This document shows, one piece after another, positions 61,570 through 64,000 of a DNA stretch of 64,000 nt. Origin of the DNA: Sphyrna mokarran (Eukaryota); the NCBI GenBank assembly GCA_024679065.1, contig JAGIQG010000016.1, positions 13,516,001 through 13,580,000 on the forward strand. Direction: 5' to 3'. The notes under the pieces are model-generated. The model was not told the origin of the DNA, searched no databases, and saw only the letters and a list, made by a program, of their open reading frames with translations. Numbering within the stretch: position 1 is the first letter of the stretch; every line of letters begins with the position of its first letter. The position numbers and the translations under genes are program-made.

Positions 61570-63800
61570 GATCGTGCATTAGTATTGCCGTGGATGAGAA
61601 CTAGGACCTGTAGTCACAGGCCTCCACACAGGCGGCTCAGGTCTTATGGCCGTTTTCTGCTGACCGAAGCGGCTGTGAAACTCGGCGTCTACCTGAGCGA
61701 CTGAGCATTCCTCTTCAGGAACGTACTACTCACCCTTGTAGCATGAGAAAAGGGCTGGAAAAGGTACACTAAACTTTATCTATTTCACTATACACTGGCC
61801 CGTTTACCGCGGCTGACGGGGATCCCATCTTGAGGTCGAATAAAGAAAATAAAAACGAGATGACACCACTCACCAGTGGCACTTGGAACGTGGCACACTT
61901 TTGGACAACCCTACAGCAGACAGACGAAAGAGAACAAGCTTAATTGCCAGCGAGCTCGCAAGATACAACTTTGACATTGCAGCCCTGAGTGAAACTCATC
62001 TTGCTAACGTAGGTCAGTTGACTGAAATTGGAAGTGGATACACTTTTTTTAGGGCTTTGCGGCAGCGATGAACGTCGTGATGTTGGATTTCGATTCGCCG
62101 TCAGGAGTCACTTTGTTCGGAAACTTGCCGGTTTACCTAAGGGTGTGACATTGCAGCTTCGCCACCCTGATAAGTGTCCATGCACCCACAATGAAAACCC
62201 GGAAGAGATGAAAGACAAGTTCTACGAAGAACTAGACGCCCTACTATTAGCAGTGAGTGTTACCGACAAGCTGATCTTGCTTGGTGATTTCAATTCAAGA
62301 GTAGTGTGTGACTCTGAAGCTGGCAGGGAATCATTGGGAGACATGGAGAAGGCAAGTGGAAAAGTAACTGCTTACTCTTAATGAAGACCTGTGCAACAGA
62401 TGACCTCCTCATCACGAACACAACCTTCCGTCTGCCTACGCGTAGCAAGACTTCTTGGATACCTCCACCACACCCCCTCCCCCCACCACCACCACCCCTT
62501 CCCGCTCTAAGCACTGGCATCTTATCGATTATGTCATTGCCAGGAGAAACGACAGGCAGACTATGAGAATGACTAAGGCCATGTGTAGAGCTGACTGCTG
62601 GACAGATCACAGGCTCATGGTCTTCAAAATAGTGATCCGCATCAGACCTACGAGGCGACCACAAGGAAACTAGGCTTTGAAAAAGAATCAATGCGGCCGA
62701 GCTAATGAACCCCAGGAGAGCTTCAGCAATGGCTGAAGACTAATATATCAAGCTTGCTGACCTATACCTCTCAGGCAGCGCTGAGGATGACTGGGAACGT
62801 TTCAGCGATGCTGCCCATGCATCTGAAGTGAAGGTGCTTGCTTCCCCTACCCGCAAACAGCATGACTGATTCGATGAGAACGATGAGGCAATACTTAGAT
62901 AGGCAGATGAACAAAATGGGAATGGAGGGGTATAGAAAACTGATTTAAAATGGGGGTCATGAGCCTGGGGAGTTCCTGTGATGTGTGTAAAAAGATGATG
63001 ATATTGGTGTACTTGTTTTTTATCCTACAGGTGCTTTGGACCACCTTGTTGTCTAACAAGGGGCATACACGCGATGGGTCGTGAGACGGCTGCTCTTAGA
63101 TTTTTTTTCGAGAGTATCCTAGAGCTTCACGTCGTTAGTGTACGCCTGACCTGGACCATTTGATGGGCAACACGACAGCTCAGTGACTATCGTTGTGCTG
63201 TGCAGATGCATGGATTTGGGCCTGTGTCTGTGGGAGTTTGCACATTCTCCCCGTGCTTGCGTGGGTTTTGTCCGGATGTTCCGGTCTCCTCCCACATCCC
63301 AAAGATGTGCTCTTAGGCTAATTGGCAAAACAAATTTTCCCTAAATTGTCTCAAATTTTGTTTTTAATCTATAGATCTATAAATATAGACGTGGATCACG
63401 GGTAGAGGTAGGAACATCGGGGTGGCGGCGCGGGCTCGTTGGGCCGAAGGGCCTGTTTCCCGTGCTGTTTTGTTCTTTGTTCTTCTTTGTTTTTTTTTGA
63501 CCTAGACACAACAACCTGGGAAACGCCGGCACAAAATCACCCTACCTGGCGTTGTCTCATCCAGAAAGACTGTCAAGCTTACGAAGCTAGGTGTAATGCT
63601 AAAACACAACTTAAGCGAGAGCTGTGCAAGTCCAGAGCCACCAGCGCAACAACTGCAGTACCTACACAAGTCTGTCCAATGTGTGCCAGGATATTCCGTG
63701 CCCTAATTGGCCTTTTCAGTCATCTTCGGACACACCGCAACCAGACCCAAAATGACTAATGGTTTCGAGGTCCTCACTGATGACGATAAACGAACAACAT
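61570..63800 (+). mobile_element. RTE-clade LINE: endonuclease and C-terminal zinc finger present, RT missing
   Basis: 'TWNV..LLD..ELARYNFDIAALSETHL..GYTFF', 'KDKFYEEL..LILLGDFN', 'HWHLIDYV..CWTDHRL' and the C-terminal 'CPMCARIFRALIGLFSHLRTH'. Confidence 0.92.
62890..63499 (+). mobile_element. 3' end of the SINE-tailed CR1 inserted into the RTE
   Basis: Closely matches the reverse complement of ~38965-39580. Confidence 0.92.
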
Positions 63801-64000
63801 ACTACTGCCGTAGAATCCACACATGCTCCCATTGTTTCTTGATGTTTGCACCGTGTTCAAACGGTTGGTTTTCTCGAAGCTACGCATGGCAGTGCAAATG
63901 CGTTACTCATGCAAGTGACGAACTTGCTTCGGAATCTGACCTTACACCCAAAGCAACTCTAAATTCTTTTCACACGAATCCAGATAATGAATCTGAATAG

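Noticed and set aside
1-64000. Prokaryotic features (CRISPR arrays, operons, rRNA/tRNA genes)
   Set aside because: The sequence is vertebrate; tRNA-like boxes belong to SINE heads, and no regularly spaced repeat-spacer array was seen.

Overview
Eukaryotic, repeat-rich genomic DNA, very likely from a cartilaginous fish (shark/ray). The evidence is HE1-type V-SINEs, CR1 LINEs with (TTCTTTG)n/(TTCTATG)n tails, Rex1- and RTE-clade LINEs and a Penelope-type palindrome. None of the supplied ORFs is a host gene: they are transposon fragments or noise. The first ~5 kb is a decayed retrovirus-like gag/pol, and several CR1 copies follow. The main hidden signal lies on the + strand between ~11.9 and ~59 kb: about 16 intact, symmetric phase-1 microexons of 27, 36 or 15 nt with AG/GT splice sites. 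Spliced in order they read as one stop-free, K/E-rich, coiled-coil-like peptide of ~149 aa. They are interspersed with several dead copies and arose by repeated exon-plus-intron duplication. No Ig, lectin, transmembrane or B30.2 exon was found in the window, so the gene cannot be named. All calls were made by eye; no alignments or database searches were run, and repeat boundaries are approximate.
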